Assembly: GCA_013265495.1 (NCBI GenBank)
Contig: MU059002.1
Coordinates: 248,001-312,000, forward strand
DNA length: 64,000 bases
Source: Vicugna vicugna
Taxonomy: Eukaryota
Direction of reading: 5' to 3'
A program made the translations under genes and the position numbers. Positions within the stretch are counted from its first letter, which is position 1. Every line of letters begins with the position of its first letter. Of this stretch, positions 49,472 to 62,463 are shown one piece after another. The notes under the pieces were generated by a model. That model made no database searches and was not told the origin of the DNA. It was given only the letters and a program-made list of their open reading frames with translations.

Positions 49472-50227
49472 TGTGGTGGATTAAAAATGGCTGCAAATTC
49501 TTTGCCACCCTTCCATTAAGAAGTTGGATATTTTCCTCCCTTCCCTTGAATGTGAATTGGCCTTTGAGACTGGTTTGACCAGCAGCGTGTGGTGGTGGTG
49601 ACATTCATGCTCTAGGTCTAATCTTTAAGACAGCTGATAGCTTTTTCTTTTGTTCTAGCTGCTTAAGAAGTTTAAGTACCCTGAGATGGTCATGGTTTGA
49701 GTAAGCCCAAGTCAGCCACGTGGAGAGGCTACCTGGGAGAGAGGGAGGCAGAGAGGGAGGGTGGGAAGGGGAGAGGGACAGAGGGAATGAGAGAGGGAGA
49801 GGGAGAAAGAGAGAAGTAGAGAAAGAAGGAGGAGGAAGAGGATGAGGAGAAGGAGAGAGCGAGCATGCAACAGACACACTGGCGGGCATACTTGGCCAGC
49901 CAGCACCAGTCTCCTAACCATTCTCGTCTGGAATTTATCTTGGACATTCCAGCCCCATTAGATACTATTTGGAAAAGAACCAAAAAGACTTCCCAAAGCC
50001 AGAATCCAGGCCCCAACATATGTCCCCAGTGGGATCATCTGAATCATTCCCAGCCGTCTGTGCTACCCTATTTGAAGCCACAGACATTGTGGAGCATAGA
50101 CAATCTGTCCCTGCCGTGTGCTTCCCTAAGACTAGACCCACAAAACTATGACTGTGGTAAGATGGTTATTGTTTTAAACCACTGAGTTTTGAGGTGGTTT
50201 TTTGTGCAGCAAAAAGTAACTTAAACA
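49472..50227 (+). mobile_element. Full-length MLT1E/F-type LTR with an internal GA-rich expansion, nested in a MIR (~49395-50290)
   Basis: Starts 'tgtggtggattaaaaatggctgcaaattctttgcca' and ends 'ttgttttaaaccactgagttttgaggtgg...gcagcaaaaagtaacttaaaca'. The MIR core 'cacagatgaggaaattgag' precedes it and the MIR resumes after. Confidence 0.85.
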
Positions 50228-51334
50228 GTATTTGGTTAAGCAGTTTTGCCTGATGACAGAGGAAGGAGCAGAGTCTGGACCAAAACCCCCATCTGTCTGA
50301 TGAACAGAGCTGGGACACTTTCTGCTACCTTGTGTGGTCTCTTCTGGGACTTCCAGATTGCTGTTTAACTTCCTATCAGGTGTCCTGCTAAATTTCTCTT
50401 AGTTGAAATTCCGAGCGCATAGGAAGGCGAAAGAAAATATTGTTCTTCAGTATTGCAACAGAAAGTTAAATAATAGGCAAACAAGTTCTGAGGTTAATTC
50501 TGGGTCAGCCTGTTGCTTATTCTTTTTTTCTAGACCTTAGGATGTAATTTGGTAGCAAAAACAGAAAAAATTACAGAAGACTAACCTTCACCAGGTCTTC
50601 ATCCTCGCCCACTCCCAGTTTTCAGTTGTTCAAGTGAGACCATATTTTCCCTACCTCTTGTTTATGTTTTAAAGTAAAACATGATGATGGTAATTCTGCC
50701 AGAAGAAGGAGACAAAATCAGTGTTGTGCAACAGCACTGCATTACCCTCTATTCCAAATTACCATGCAACAGGAACCCATATGACCATTGTGTGGGTTCT
50801 TTGGGAAATAGCAGGAATTAAGCTTAGAGGTTGAATAGGAGGTGTTCCTGTAGAAGAAGTTCTGAAGTCATAATGGAAAAGGAAAAAAAAGTTCTGTGTT
50901 TCTGTGGCAGCAAATGTACCATGTGGTGTAGGCCCTGTGAATATCTGTGTTTATCAAATTCCAAAGTAAATACTCAAGGGAAACTCCACATAAAAGGCCA
51001 GACCACAAGCTGGAGGTTCCCTGTGGCACTGGCGAGTTTGCAAAAATGTCTGTGGTTTGTGAGTGTGTGTTTGTTTATACTGCACATCATTTATCCATGC
51101 ATTTATTTCCAGTGATTGCTACATACAACTAGCAGAAAGGCTTAGTCCATATCTCTTACCTAATGCTGAGTAGACAATGGTGGGTAGACCTCATGCAGGT
51201 TTTGTTTGATAGATAACTTCCTGATCCATAGAAGTATCATGTTATCTAATTTCTAACTCTGGGCAAAGAAGATGTTAATAATGAGATGCAGGGAAACCTT
51301 GAGCGTACAGGGAATAAACAGCTGGCATGTACAC

Positions 51335-51726
51335 AGGGGTTGTGGATTAGACTATTGTTGAGTAAATACTCACTCTCTCTCTCCCCATACTCCATAGCAG
51401 ATGTATACTTCCCACTCTACTGACGTGGGCTTGGCATTGTGACTTGCTTTGGCTAATGGAACACAGTAGGAAACGACAGTGTGTGAGTTCTGATTCTAGG
51501 CCTTTAGATACTTTGTGTCCACATGAACCTCTGGGAGTCTCTGACCTCTTCCCATGATTATGGCTGCTGCCTCCTCAGCCAGCGAGCTGGGATGAGCACT
51601 TGTAGAATAGAGTTGTCCCAGCTGGAGGTTGTCCCAGCTGACTCCAGCCTGGAGCAGAACCTTACAGTGTGGTCACTGAGTTCTCCTTGTTACTTAGCAT
51701 TACTGTGACAATTGCTAACTGATACA
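51335..51726 (+). mobile_element. MLT1H/I-like LTR
   Basis: 'gggcttggcattgtgacttgctttggctaatggaa...ccagcctggagcaga...cactgagttctccttgttacttagcattactgtgacaattgctaactgataca'. Confidence 0.8.
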
Positions 51727-52594
51727 ATAATTGCGTTTCAACTCTTATGCAGATTTTTTTCTTCCTGAGCTTGTGCTTATAAAGTAAGCTGCTTTGAGGG
51801 CTGCAAGTTACATGAAACTCTAGGAAAACTATTAAAATCAGGATTTTATTCAAAACAGTGAGTGTGTGATTAGAAAAAATGATGTCACCTGAAGGAAGGA
51901 CAGGGGACTATGTATAAGGTTATAGAATGGCTGCAGACTAGACAAGTGGGCTACTGGACATGTATCACAAGGGAGACAGGGCAGTTCTTCTGCTTTGAGG
52001 GATTTACAGCTACTATTTAAGTTAGGTAAGTGAACTAATTGAGCATGTGCAGTTGAGGGAGAACCCTATAATGGGGCCTGGTGGAAGGGCAGGATGAGAT
52101 GATGGAGTTGCTGCTGCCACAGGGAGTTGAAGGCTGACTTGTAAAATGGCTTGTGTGAAGGGAGGGAGCCAAGTTTCCTTTACAGCTGGTTGGATTCACC
52201 TGCTTGAGGAGGCACTGTGTGGCTGAGGCCCTCTACAAACTTGAACCAACAGAATAAAATATTTTCTGAGATGCCAACATTTTCCCTGAACCCCAGGAGA
52301 CCACCAGGGGAAGAGTGGCGTGGGCAGACAGTCAACTGTGACCACATAACAGCTCTGCCATTTTTTTTCAGAGCATATGTTCTAGAGGGAAACAAGTTGG
52401 CTTTTTACTGTGGACACAGCAGCATCCTAGGAAAAACATCCAGAATTCAGTCATAGACAAGAAATACATCTTCAAGATCTTTCTGGCTGTTGCAGGTCTT
52501 CTTGCTTTTGCTGTGTACCAGTGATAGAGTGCCAAGAGAGTACTGTAGTGCTTCTTTGTGAGGTTGAATTAAAATGTGAAAAGAGAACTCCAAC

Positions 52595-52760
52595 CAGTAT
52601 TTACTGAATGACTAACATGTCCTAGCGCAGATGTTTTAAGGAACTAACTTCACTTGCTCCTTATGCAGTAACCCTATGAAGTAAGTATTATTAGAACTGT
52701 TTTACAGACGAAGAGTTAATTAATTTCTTGCAGCCACACAGCTAATTGGTAGAACTGTCT
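52595..52760 (-). mobile_element. MIR fragment
   Basis: 'aaccctatgaagtaagtattatta...ttttacagacgaag...gcagccacacagctaat'. Confidence 0.7.
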
Positions 52761-54809
52761 TGTCGACATGGGACTTTTCTTTCTCAATAGTCTTCCTTCC
52801 GTTATGCCCGAGACTTTCACGAAATTTAATTTTTGGTTTTGAAAATAGAATTTGATGGAGAGACGGTAGTTGACTCTGTTAGAAACAGATTAGGGTCAAG
52901 TCATGCTGTGCATCTTAAACTTGTATGGTGTTATATGTCAATTATATCTAAAAAAAAACCTGGGAGATAAAAAGCAACATGAGGGGAATGCAAGGGGAGG
53001 CAGCTCAGAGTGTCTCATGGAGTTGGAATAAGACAGGCGATAGATGAAGGTGGGACGTCTCTCTCAGCCTCAGGCTTTATACAGAGCCTTGAAACAGAAT
53101 TAGAATGGATATTTACAGCAGGAAGAGGGAGGGCAAAGGTCTCTTCTAGTCTGCCAGCCTTCCTGCACCACCTGGGTTATCCTGTGAAGACTCCTGACTA
53201 CCGTGATGCCTATGGGATACTGAGAGCCCATAGAAGTGCAGGGGCCAGTCCAGCCCTGAAGGTACATCCATTTTCCACGGGCACCTTTGTCAGCCTCTCA
53301 GTCAAGAGGAGGATGGAGCGAACTGGGAATTGGAACTGGATTCTGATATCTGCAAGTTCCTTCGCATTTTTCAATTCTCTGTCTTTCTGTTAACATGAGG
53401 CGGTTAGGTGATATTAATGCCTTTTTCTTCTTTTTAGCAGCAAAAATCTTAAAAAAAATAAAGATCCAACATGGAATCCTAATGGGTAATACAGAGTAGC
53501 CACTTTCAGATAAATCAAGGATTAGGGACTCCAATCCATGCCCTTCCTTCTGGAAGGCTCTGAGCTACTTCTGAGAAACCAGGAGCTTTGTAGACCGAGT
53601 TCAAAACTGCCGTTCTGGGTGCTGTCTGGGGGCTTTCCTGGAAACAGCATTGTAGGATTACAGAACTTGGTGGTCTGAATTGCCTTCTAACTGTTCTCTC
53701 AGTGTTAGCATTATAGATAGTCCCAAATCTTCTAGTGTTGTAGGGCTGTCCTTTATTATATATTATATTGTCTTTTAAGAGTCAAATGAACGGGCTCAAG
53801 CCCTTTTCTCTGAATGTCCCCCCACCCTGGCCCCATATCTGAGAATTCTTGAGGGGTGTCCATATCCCCCAGTCACATGCTGCTCCGATTCCACTGAACA
53901 CACATCTCCTCTCCTCTGCTGCCTCCTCCTCCTGCCCACATCAACTCAATATAAACAGCAGCTGCCTTGTCTTTGGTTCCTTTCCAAGAACCACCCACAT
54001 ATGGCTGTGTGGGCCGTTGCTTTTACTTATGGTTTGGCAATAATGGAGGGTTGGGGGTTCACATCACCTTACAGCACAACAGGTACTTCAAAATTGAAAT
54101 TGAGCCTTCTCTGTACTCAACAGCCCCATAGCCGTGGCTAACACTGATGGTTTCTTTATGGACATTTCTCCTTGGAAAGATCTTTTGTCCAGAATGCTGG
54201 TTCCTTCATTGTCCATATATCCCCTGCGTTTCTTTTGAGGTCACTCACCCCCTAGAGGCTCCTTGTCCACCATCCAAATTCTTTTCATTTTAACAAAAAT
54301 GTAAAAAGGTGTTCATTTCTCTCTTTCTTTTACTTTCTTCTTCTAGACTACCACATTGTCCTACTTAAATGACTCATCAAGGTATTTTGCTTAACAAAAG
54401 ATAGTTCAGTTCCTATGAGAAACTCTGCCAAGATTCTTTGCAATAATATTTCCCCATTTTCCAACTCTTGGTTATGAAATTCCATGAGGTATTTGTGTTA
54501 GGAGGTAGAAGGGTAAAACAGGCAAAAGCTTCACATCACTGCCCTTAGGTTGATCAGAAAATTAATATTGAACTCACTGTGAAAAATCAGCCTTTTGGAG
54601 ACACAGACTGAAATGTAAGTTCTGATGGCCTGCTCAGCACTGCCAATCTCAACCTGGCCGTCTTCTCCCCAGGTCCTGGGATGACTCTCCATTTAGCTAT
54701 AAAATTGTCAGGTGTTTCTTTCTAGGCCTTAATATTCACCCAGAGAAAGAAGATGCTTTTGAATCTTGGTTGTTTGGGGATATTTGTAGCTGCTCTGGAA
54801 TTTTGAACT

Positions 54810-56070
54810 TTTAATTATCTTTACATAAATGGAAAAAAAATTAGTTCAAAGAAGACCCATATTCCTATCACGTGTCTTGATCAGTTTTCAACTCATGGCA
54901 AATCCTGTTTCATCTAACTCCCTGCTACCACTTGCAGATTGATTATTTTGAAGGAAATCCAAGATATCAAATCATTCTATTTATAATATTTCAGTATGAA
55001 TCTCTAAAAGGTAAGGACTCTTTTAAGACAAAATTATCACATAATCATTATCATACCTTAAAGTTAGTAATTCCTTAATATCATCAAATAGCTACTCAGT
55101 GGTCAAATTTCCTAGATTGCTTAAAATTTTTTTTAAACAATTATTCAAATAAGAATTCAAATAAGATTTGTGTTGGTTAACACGTTTCTTAATTTTCTTG
55201 TAATTTATAGGCCGTCCCTCTCCCCACTAATTGTTTTCTTGTAATTTATTCATTGGAGAAGCTGGGTCATTTGTACTGTATACTTTTTCACATTCTTTAT
55301 TTTGCTAATTGCATCCTCAAGCTATCATTCAATGAAATCCTTTCTCCTTTATCTGTTAGGAACTGAAAGATCTAGAGACTTCTCTTTATAGGTGGTGGTG
55401 TCTACTTATGGTAGCGACACATACCTGGTTATCTATCTTTTGGTGATACTCAGAGCCATTAATGATAACTTCCTTCATTCATTACATTTATCAGGCTTGC
55501 AAAATAATGATAATTTAACTCTATAGTTGCTTCCTAATTTATAAGCTGGAATAGTTCTATAAATAAAGACTTTCCCTCATTAATTGTTTGGTTATCCTCA
55601 AATAAACTTAGTATAGGGAGGGCAAGAAAAACGCTTGATCCTTTCTTTCTTTTTGCTTACCAGTTTTGAGGGTATTGAATTCATTCCCTAGCATTCTCCA
55701 AAGATAACCAATGAGTAATTATTTTGGCATCATAACAATCTGGTGCATTGAAACATATATGATATATTTGAATTCACTGAAGTTATTATTAATATCAGTG
55801 TTTAAATTTTTCTGTCTTTGGGTGTAGAATCCTTTCCAGGTTGGCTCCTGGGCCCTTTTGACAACTGTGGTAGTCTTTAAGAGCTACCTTGCTTTCTAGT
55901 TTGACAAAATGTTTCAGGTTTATCTGGCATATATCATGCCATACGCATAGAATGAACTAGTTCCTTTTGGTGGGAAAAGGTATTTAGAAACTACAAATCT
56001 GAGTGTTAGAGTGCTTGTTGGTACTGGAATGGTGATTATTTCTAAGCCTTTTCAATGGATGATAATTTAT
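54810..56070 (-). mobile_element. L1MC4-like 3' end
   Basis: 'gattattttgaaggaaatccaagatatc...cagtatgaatctctaaaaggtaaggactctttt...cttcaggtt...gaactagttccttttggtgggaaaaggtatttagaaactacaaatctgagtgttagagtgcttgttggtactgg'. Confidence 0.8.
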
Positions 56071-56549
56071 AAAATTATAATGTTAAAAAGTAAAAGTACA
56101 GTATTAATTTTGGCCTGGTGTTTAATACAAGTTCATGTATATGGAAGTGCAAACAAATTGCTGTTATTGCTGTGCTGTTTTCTCATATCATTATCTGCCT
56201 CTAAGTTGGCTTGCAGACAGAGAGGACATTTCGTCCCACATGACTTTTCCACTAGAGGCCTTCGCAGATTTGTAAATAGCAATGGACAAGCTGAGAACTT
56301 GAGCAGAGATTTCAGCGTGCTCATAATGCTGAGATGATATACTTGAAATTAAGGGCCTGCCAGGGGAAAGGGTCTTAGTGGTCACCTCAGGCTTTCATTT
56401 GGGATCTAATCTTAAAAATAAGTGACCTGAAAAGCTGAAAATAAACCATCCACTACAGGGACTGTATTCCAGCTCTGATCATCTCTATCCACGATACATT
56501 AAGACGATCTGCTCCCCACCCTGACAGAAGCACATATTTGGAAAAGAGT

Positions 56550-57475
56550 CTACATTTGTAAAAATATCACTGCTAAAAGCCTTGCATCTGGAACATATAA
56601 AAAAACACTTGTAAATCAATAAGGAAAAATACAGGCAATTCAATAGAAAAGAGGGCAAAGCGCTTGAACAGATATTTCAAAAGATGACAGTCAAATAACC
56701 GAGACACATGAGAAAGGTCCATAACCCCCTTATAATTCAACACAAATGCGAATTAAAATCACAGTAATGTAGTAGGTAGTACTTTGATTGATACCTGATA
56801 GAATGGCTAAAATTAAAAAGTTGGAAAATACCAAGAATTGATAAGAATGTGAAGCAAGTAGAACTTTCTTACAGAGTTGGTGGGAATGCAAAGTGGAACA
56901 ACCACTTTAGAATACTGTTTGGCAGTATCTCCTATGACTGAACATCCAATTACTATGACCCAATAATTCACTCCCAGATACATGTCCAACAGAAGTGCAT
57001 ACATATGGTCCTCTAAAAAACATAAACAAAAATGTTTATAGTGGCATTATTTGTTATAGCCCCAAACTGTAAACAACCCAGAGATCTACTAATAGTATGA
57101 TAGATCAATAAATTTTCATGCATTTATACAATGGGATATTATAAAACAAAAATGAAACTACAGCTACACACAACACAGTCTTGACGAAGATTACGTTACA
57201 TCAAAGTAACAAGACACACAAGAAAATACTTTATGATTCACTTATATAATATTTAAAAATAGGCAAAGCTGGTCTATGGTGCTGGAGATCAAAATGGCAG
57301 TTAACCTTAGAAAGGTGGAGCTGGGATTTGGCGGAGGCCTTTGGGGTCCTCCAGGGGCTGGTCATAGTTTATTTCATTAATTGGATGGTGGTATGGACAT
57401 TTTCTGATTAAGCCTTTACACTTTTGACTTATGCATTCTTCTCTAGGTAAATTATACTTCAATAAAAAAGTTTAT
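56550..57475 (+). mobile_element. L1ME ORF2 C-terminal region plus 3' end
   Basis: 'agggcaaagcgcttgaacagatatttc...tagaatggctaaaattaaaaag...aaccactttagaatactgtttggcagtatc...ggtaaattatacttcaataaaaaag'. Confidence 0.88.
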
Positions 57476-58589
57476 AAAGAAGATTTAGTTGATTTTTCTC
57501 ATTGGGCTCTGTTCCATTTCCAAATTATTATCTTTCAGACCTACTTACTAGTTTATGGGCCTCAACATCTTCCAGAAAAAGTTCTGGTAACTATCAAAGA
57601 TATAATAAAAGATGTTGAAAGTTAAGAAGCTACTATTGAGAAAACCATAGCCAGAAAGTTGGAACTCAATTGGAGACAGATAATGAGAACATAAAACAGC
57701 AATAGTGGCCATTTGCTTGAGCTTCCATATATGTGTAATTTTATTTAACATCAGGCCAAAATGTAATGGTACTTTTTCTTTTATAACATTAAAAAATATA
57801 TACTTACTGCAGAAAATTCAGAAATACAGAACTATATTTTAAAAAAGGAAAAATAGCCACATTACTGATAATCCTGCCACCCTAAAGCAATCTTTGTAAA
57901 CATGTTGAATGACCTTCCATGCAACACCCTTAAAGTATATTTAAAAACTTGAATTCTACCTACAAAATTTTCACTTTCCTTTCGCTTTATGTCTACTCAC
58001 ATGTGTACTTAGGAAATGCGTTCTGCTTATCTAAGCTTTCTAAACTGAGAACAAAGATAATCAACTGTGATGAGCTGTGAATCGAAGACTGGGCTACTGT
58101 AAACCCAGAGAGAGAGCAGCCATGGAGACATGACATGAGGGACTGTCTGTATCTATAACCAGAAGATGAATTCCCCTTAGAGAAACATATTTTCCTGCAC
58201 TGTTCAAGTCTCATAGCTGAATACTTTGGAGGCCAGTAATTAGGTACTTAGGGAATTCTCCAAATATCCCAGAAAATCGCTTGATTTTCTCACATTTCTG
58301 CATCTTAGATGTGGGTGAAATAAGCCAAAGTCGGCAGCAAAAAGGAGTAACAGGCACTTTTGTTTCCTTGCTGACCCTGTAAGGATGTAGACAGTCCCTG
58401 CTCAGAAGAAAATTTTCTTTGGCATTTTGTCTGCTTTGGGATCCTCCCTTCTGTTGGGTTGGGTTTAAATTGCGGGGTGCATACTGTAGTCATTGCCTGC
58501 CAGTCTATGAAATTTCCAGAGAGTGGGCAAGTTTTAGTGTCCTAAAGCCCAGTGACATTTAGGGACCAACACTGTTCTAATGTTCTTAC

Positions 58590-58674
58590 CACTTTCCTCT
58601 CCTCATCTAAGGCACAGGGTAATGTGAGATACTGCACCTGACCTATCTTTCTTATTCACACCTGCTCAGACTAC
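58590..58674 (-). other. Candidate non-coding exon (85 nt)
   Basis: ccctttgcctctcttctctgttgaacccacag|GTAGTC...AAAGTG|gtaaga. Stops in all three frames. Confidence 0.25.
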
Positions 58675-58816
58675 CTGTGGGTTCAACAGAGAAGAGAGGC
58701 AAAGGGCTGCAGAAGCACCACCAGGTCTGTGTGAAGCACACTGGTGAGTGCATTTCTTCAGAGTTCCTACAGGAGGTAGCAGAGTTTGAATCAAAAACAA
58801 CATACTTATAAAGCAC

Positions 58817-59434
58817 TTAATAAAATTGTGGTTAAAATACACATCATAAAATTTACCAGTTGAACCATTTTAAAGTGTGCAATTCAATGGCATTAAGTAC
58901 ATTCACAATGTACAACCATCACCACCATCTATTTCCAGAAATTTTTCACCATCCCAAAAGGAAACCCCGTAACCCTTAGCATCACTTCCCATTTTCGTGG
59001 ATCCCTGACCCCTATCCCCAGCTCCTTGCAGCTATTAACTATTCCATCTCTGCAGATTTGACTGTAATGGACATTTCATGTAAATGTAATCATACAATAT
59101 GTGGCCTTTTGTGTCTGGCTTCTACCACTCACCATAACGTTTTTAGGGTTCATCTGTGTTGTAGCATGTATTATACTTCATGGCTTTTTATGGCTGAATA
59201 ATATTCTACTGTATGATATACCCTATTTATCTATTTGTTCATCGGTTGATGGGCATTTTGGTTATTTCTACCCTTTGGCTACCACGGGTGGTACTGCTCT
59301 GAACATTCATGTATAAGTATTTGTTTGAACACCTGTTCTCAATTCTTGTGGGTGTATATCTAGGAATAGAACTGCTGTGCCATTTGGTGATTTTATGTTT
59401 AACTTTTTAAGGAACCACCAACTGTTTATCACAG
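58817..59434 (-). mobile_element. L1MB 3' end
   Basis: 'aaaatttacc...ttttaaagtgtgcaattcaatggcattaagtacattcacaatg...accaccatctatttccagaaattttt...tttatgtttaactttttaaggaaccacc'. Confidence 0.92.
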
Positions 59435-60812
59435 TTATAGAGAACTTAAGGCTGGAAATTTCAATACTGGAGTCTGTCTCTGGTTAAATTAGGAAGTAGT
59501 TTCAAAACTTTTCTTCCGTTTACCTCTCCCAATCCCCCTCACACCTTCCAGGGCCCAGTTTCTTCATGTTGTCTCCCGGAGTCCCAGATTTTTTTTTCCC
59601 TGAAGCAAAACATTCTGGCCTACTTTTTCTTTCCGAACTGCCATCTCACCATCAAACTTCTCTCTTCCTTATCTTATTTCCTCATGATACTTAAAAAAGA
59701 TGAGCTAGTCTATTGTGTTTGGAGGCTTAGTGAGGAGTTACTGCAGTGGACCTGAAGCCAGGATGACCTCAGAGTGGCCCCCCGGGCTTTCTCAACATGC
59801 CCCACCTACTGAGCAACATGTTCTGGAGGGCGAAGCTCAGTAGATGCTCTTTGAAAAGCTCCACCAGGTCCTTCTGTTGCACACCTCTGCTTAATCATCA
59901 GTGGATTAATGGGTCACCATCACAATTTACAACTTCATAGGGTTGTTCAGGGTATAATGCTCTATCCCGAACGTTAAGACTAATGATAATGTTTCTGGCA
60001 CTAGGTAGATGGAAAAGGCATTTTGACATTTTGGAGCACTAGTGGGGCTTGAACTATCTTCCTTGACATTGAAGAGGGAGCCGGTGGATTTTAGGACTAT
60101 TCATCATGATTCTAGGGGCATATTGTTGTGGTTGAAAATCAGCTGCCCCCATTAGGAAAGCACATGCCTGAGTCTTGCAGAGCTGGTACAGAGGGACGGA
60201 GCGAGTTGAGTGGGAACTGCTGTGATTTGTACAAAACAAAGTAGAGGTCGGGAAAGAACAGTTACTGGAGTGTGCTTCCAGAAGAGAGAAAAGAGCTGAG
60301 TGGAAATTGGCTGCTTAAAGAAACAAGAAGAAATGGTATCACAGCTTGAATACGTGGCGGCTCCTTCACTTGTAGACAAGTTGACATGGCATCTAAGCAT
60401 GGCAGTTGGTTGGGAGACCCAGAGGGTACTACTAGCAGTCAAAAGATGAGATCAAAACCTATAATTTTTTAATTTAGAAACCTGTGATTATTTGGCATTA
60501 CTTATATTCTGTATTCATGCTAAGTATATTTAATATCTTGCTTTATTTTAAACATTAAAATCTTCCCATAAACATTAATCTAACATTCTCCATGGATTTT
60601 TCCTACCCTCTAACTGGTCATTCTTAAATTGTCATGCACACTCCACCACTTGCTGGAAGCATTTACTGTGAGAGTTTATTCACAAGGAGGAAACTTTAGC
60701 CATGTGCTAAACTGGAGAACTTAAAGCTTTGGACATTTTGACTCTTATCCCCAAATCTATACAATGGAGGTAAAGAGATGAATATCTCATGGAGATAGTT
60801 TAAAGATGAGTT

Positions 60813-61053
60813 CGCGTGTTAACCACTATATGTAAAAATAGATAAAAAACAAATTTCTTCTGTATAGCACAGGGTACCATATTCAATAACTTGTAATAGC
60901 CTTTAATGAAAAGGAATATGAAAACAAATATATGTATGTATATGCATGACTGGGACATTATACTGTACACCAGAAATGGACACATTGTAACTGATGATAC
61001 TTCAATTAAAATCAAAATCAAAATAAAAATAATAAACAAACAAACAAACCAAA
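60813..61053 (+). mobile_element. 5'-truncated camelid-type L1 with a perfect 11-bp TSD
   Basis: TSD AAAGATGAGTT at 60802-60812 and 61054-61064; TT|AAAG endonuclease site; A/AAAC-rich tail; body 'ctgtatagcacagggtaccatattcaata...ctgtacaccagaaatggacacattgtaactg'. Confidence 0.92.
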
Positions 61054-61079
61054 AAAGATGAGTTAGCTAACAGATTGTG

Positions 61080-61480
61080 AGTCTCCTGGGAAATTACATA
61101 TTTCTTCATGTAATATCAGCAATGAGAAGAAGAATCTCAATACTGTCTTCTTTGAGCACATAGCAGGAATACTACTAAGTACATTTAATATAATTCAGGA
61201 TATCAGTCAGTTGTTGCTCAGTTGATCTCCTGCATAGGAAAACAGGTGTGTTATGCTGACAGTGCTGCCAGATTCACACATGAGCTGAGATATGAATAGT
61301 AGTGCTAATTACACTTAGCAGAACTGGTAGCCAATTAATGTAATAGAGAATCCCACTAAACTTAACTTCACATCAGCCTTGCTAAAAATAATATAATCCC
61401 AGTGGTGACTGATATGCCGATTTTATTTCCCCGCTTAGCTATCGTAAGAATGTATTATATTATCTTAGTGTTCTCTGACT
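61080..61480. promoter_or_regulatory. Candidate conserved non-coding element
   Basis: Unique sequence with CTAATTAC, CCAATTAATGTAAT, TTAATATAATT and a CAGGTG E-box. Motif-based only. Confidence 0.3.
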
Positions 61481-62463
61481 CTACCTGCTATGAAAATCTG
61501 GATGGAATAAATACAAAATTGAAAACTACTGGAGAATTTCTTCTCTAATACACATCCTTAAAACTTATTCTTAAAATCTGCTTTATTTTATAGCCTGGAA
61601 AGGAGGGGCTACCTAGTTAAATCACATAATGAGTTAGTTCAATGCCACAAACAAATAGGTGCTAAATAAAACTTTTTAAAATTAATTTGGAAGTTTCCAG
61701 CTTGAAAATGGGCAAGTTTAACTCTTAAAACATAAATATAGGAGTGTCCTCTTTGCCTTGACAATTTAAGGCAATAGTCACCATACCTCCACCATAAAAG
61801 CAAGCCAGTGAACCAAAGTACATGTTCAAACACGAGTAATGTGCGGGCCCACTTTAATGAAAATCATCTTCATTCTCCTCTCATGGAATTAACTGGTATC
61901 ACTTTAAATTAGTGGTACTTACATTTGTGCAAATGTAAGTAGGTTTAAGCTCATATGGCTAGAGATGGCAAACAATTATAAAATTAAAATGTATTTACAA
62001 GTTAAATATCAATAAAATTGCCAAACTAAGGAAATCCAAAATCTTTACTGAGTTAAGAAAACTTAATTGCTTAGTACAATGGTCTCTGAGTCTTTAGTGC
62101 TGCCTCATTTTGTTATCATGGACTCATTTCCATACTTCTTTAGTCCAGCCATTGAGAACTCATTGTTCATTTAGTTCAGCAGGGTTTCATTTGGCTTGTA
62201 ACTGGCGTAAATATGTCATTTCTATACTAATTCCTACTTTGCCTTCTCTGCATTAGCCCATGCAAATTAAAATAGAATGACTTGGTGTTAATGCAATAGA
62301 AAAATGCAAGCACAGGCACTAAAATAGAGTAGAAGCACTCCTCATTTATAAGGTGGTTATCCACATGGTCTTAAGTATGCTTTCACAATATTTTTAGATT
62401 ATCATCCAAAAGAAAACACAAAGTTAAAAAATTCTGGGCAGTCTGGCAGAACTCTCTTCCTAC

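Noticed and set aside
58067-58200. C-box-like GTGATGA (possible C/D snoRNA)
   Set aside because: No CTGA D box at a suitable distance and no terminal stem.
57993-58214. Minus-strand ORF with a CAT|gtgagt donor near 58000
   Set aside because: Weak AAG acceptor and a low-information peptide; no supporting context.
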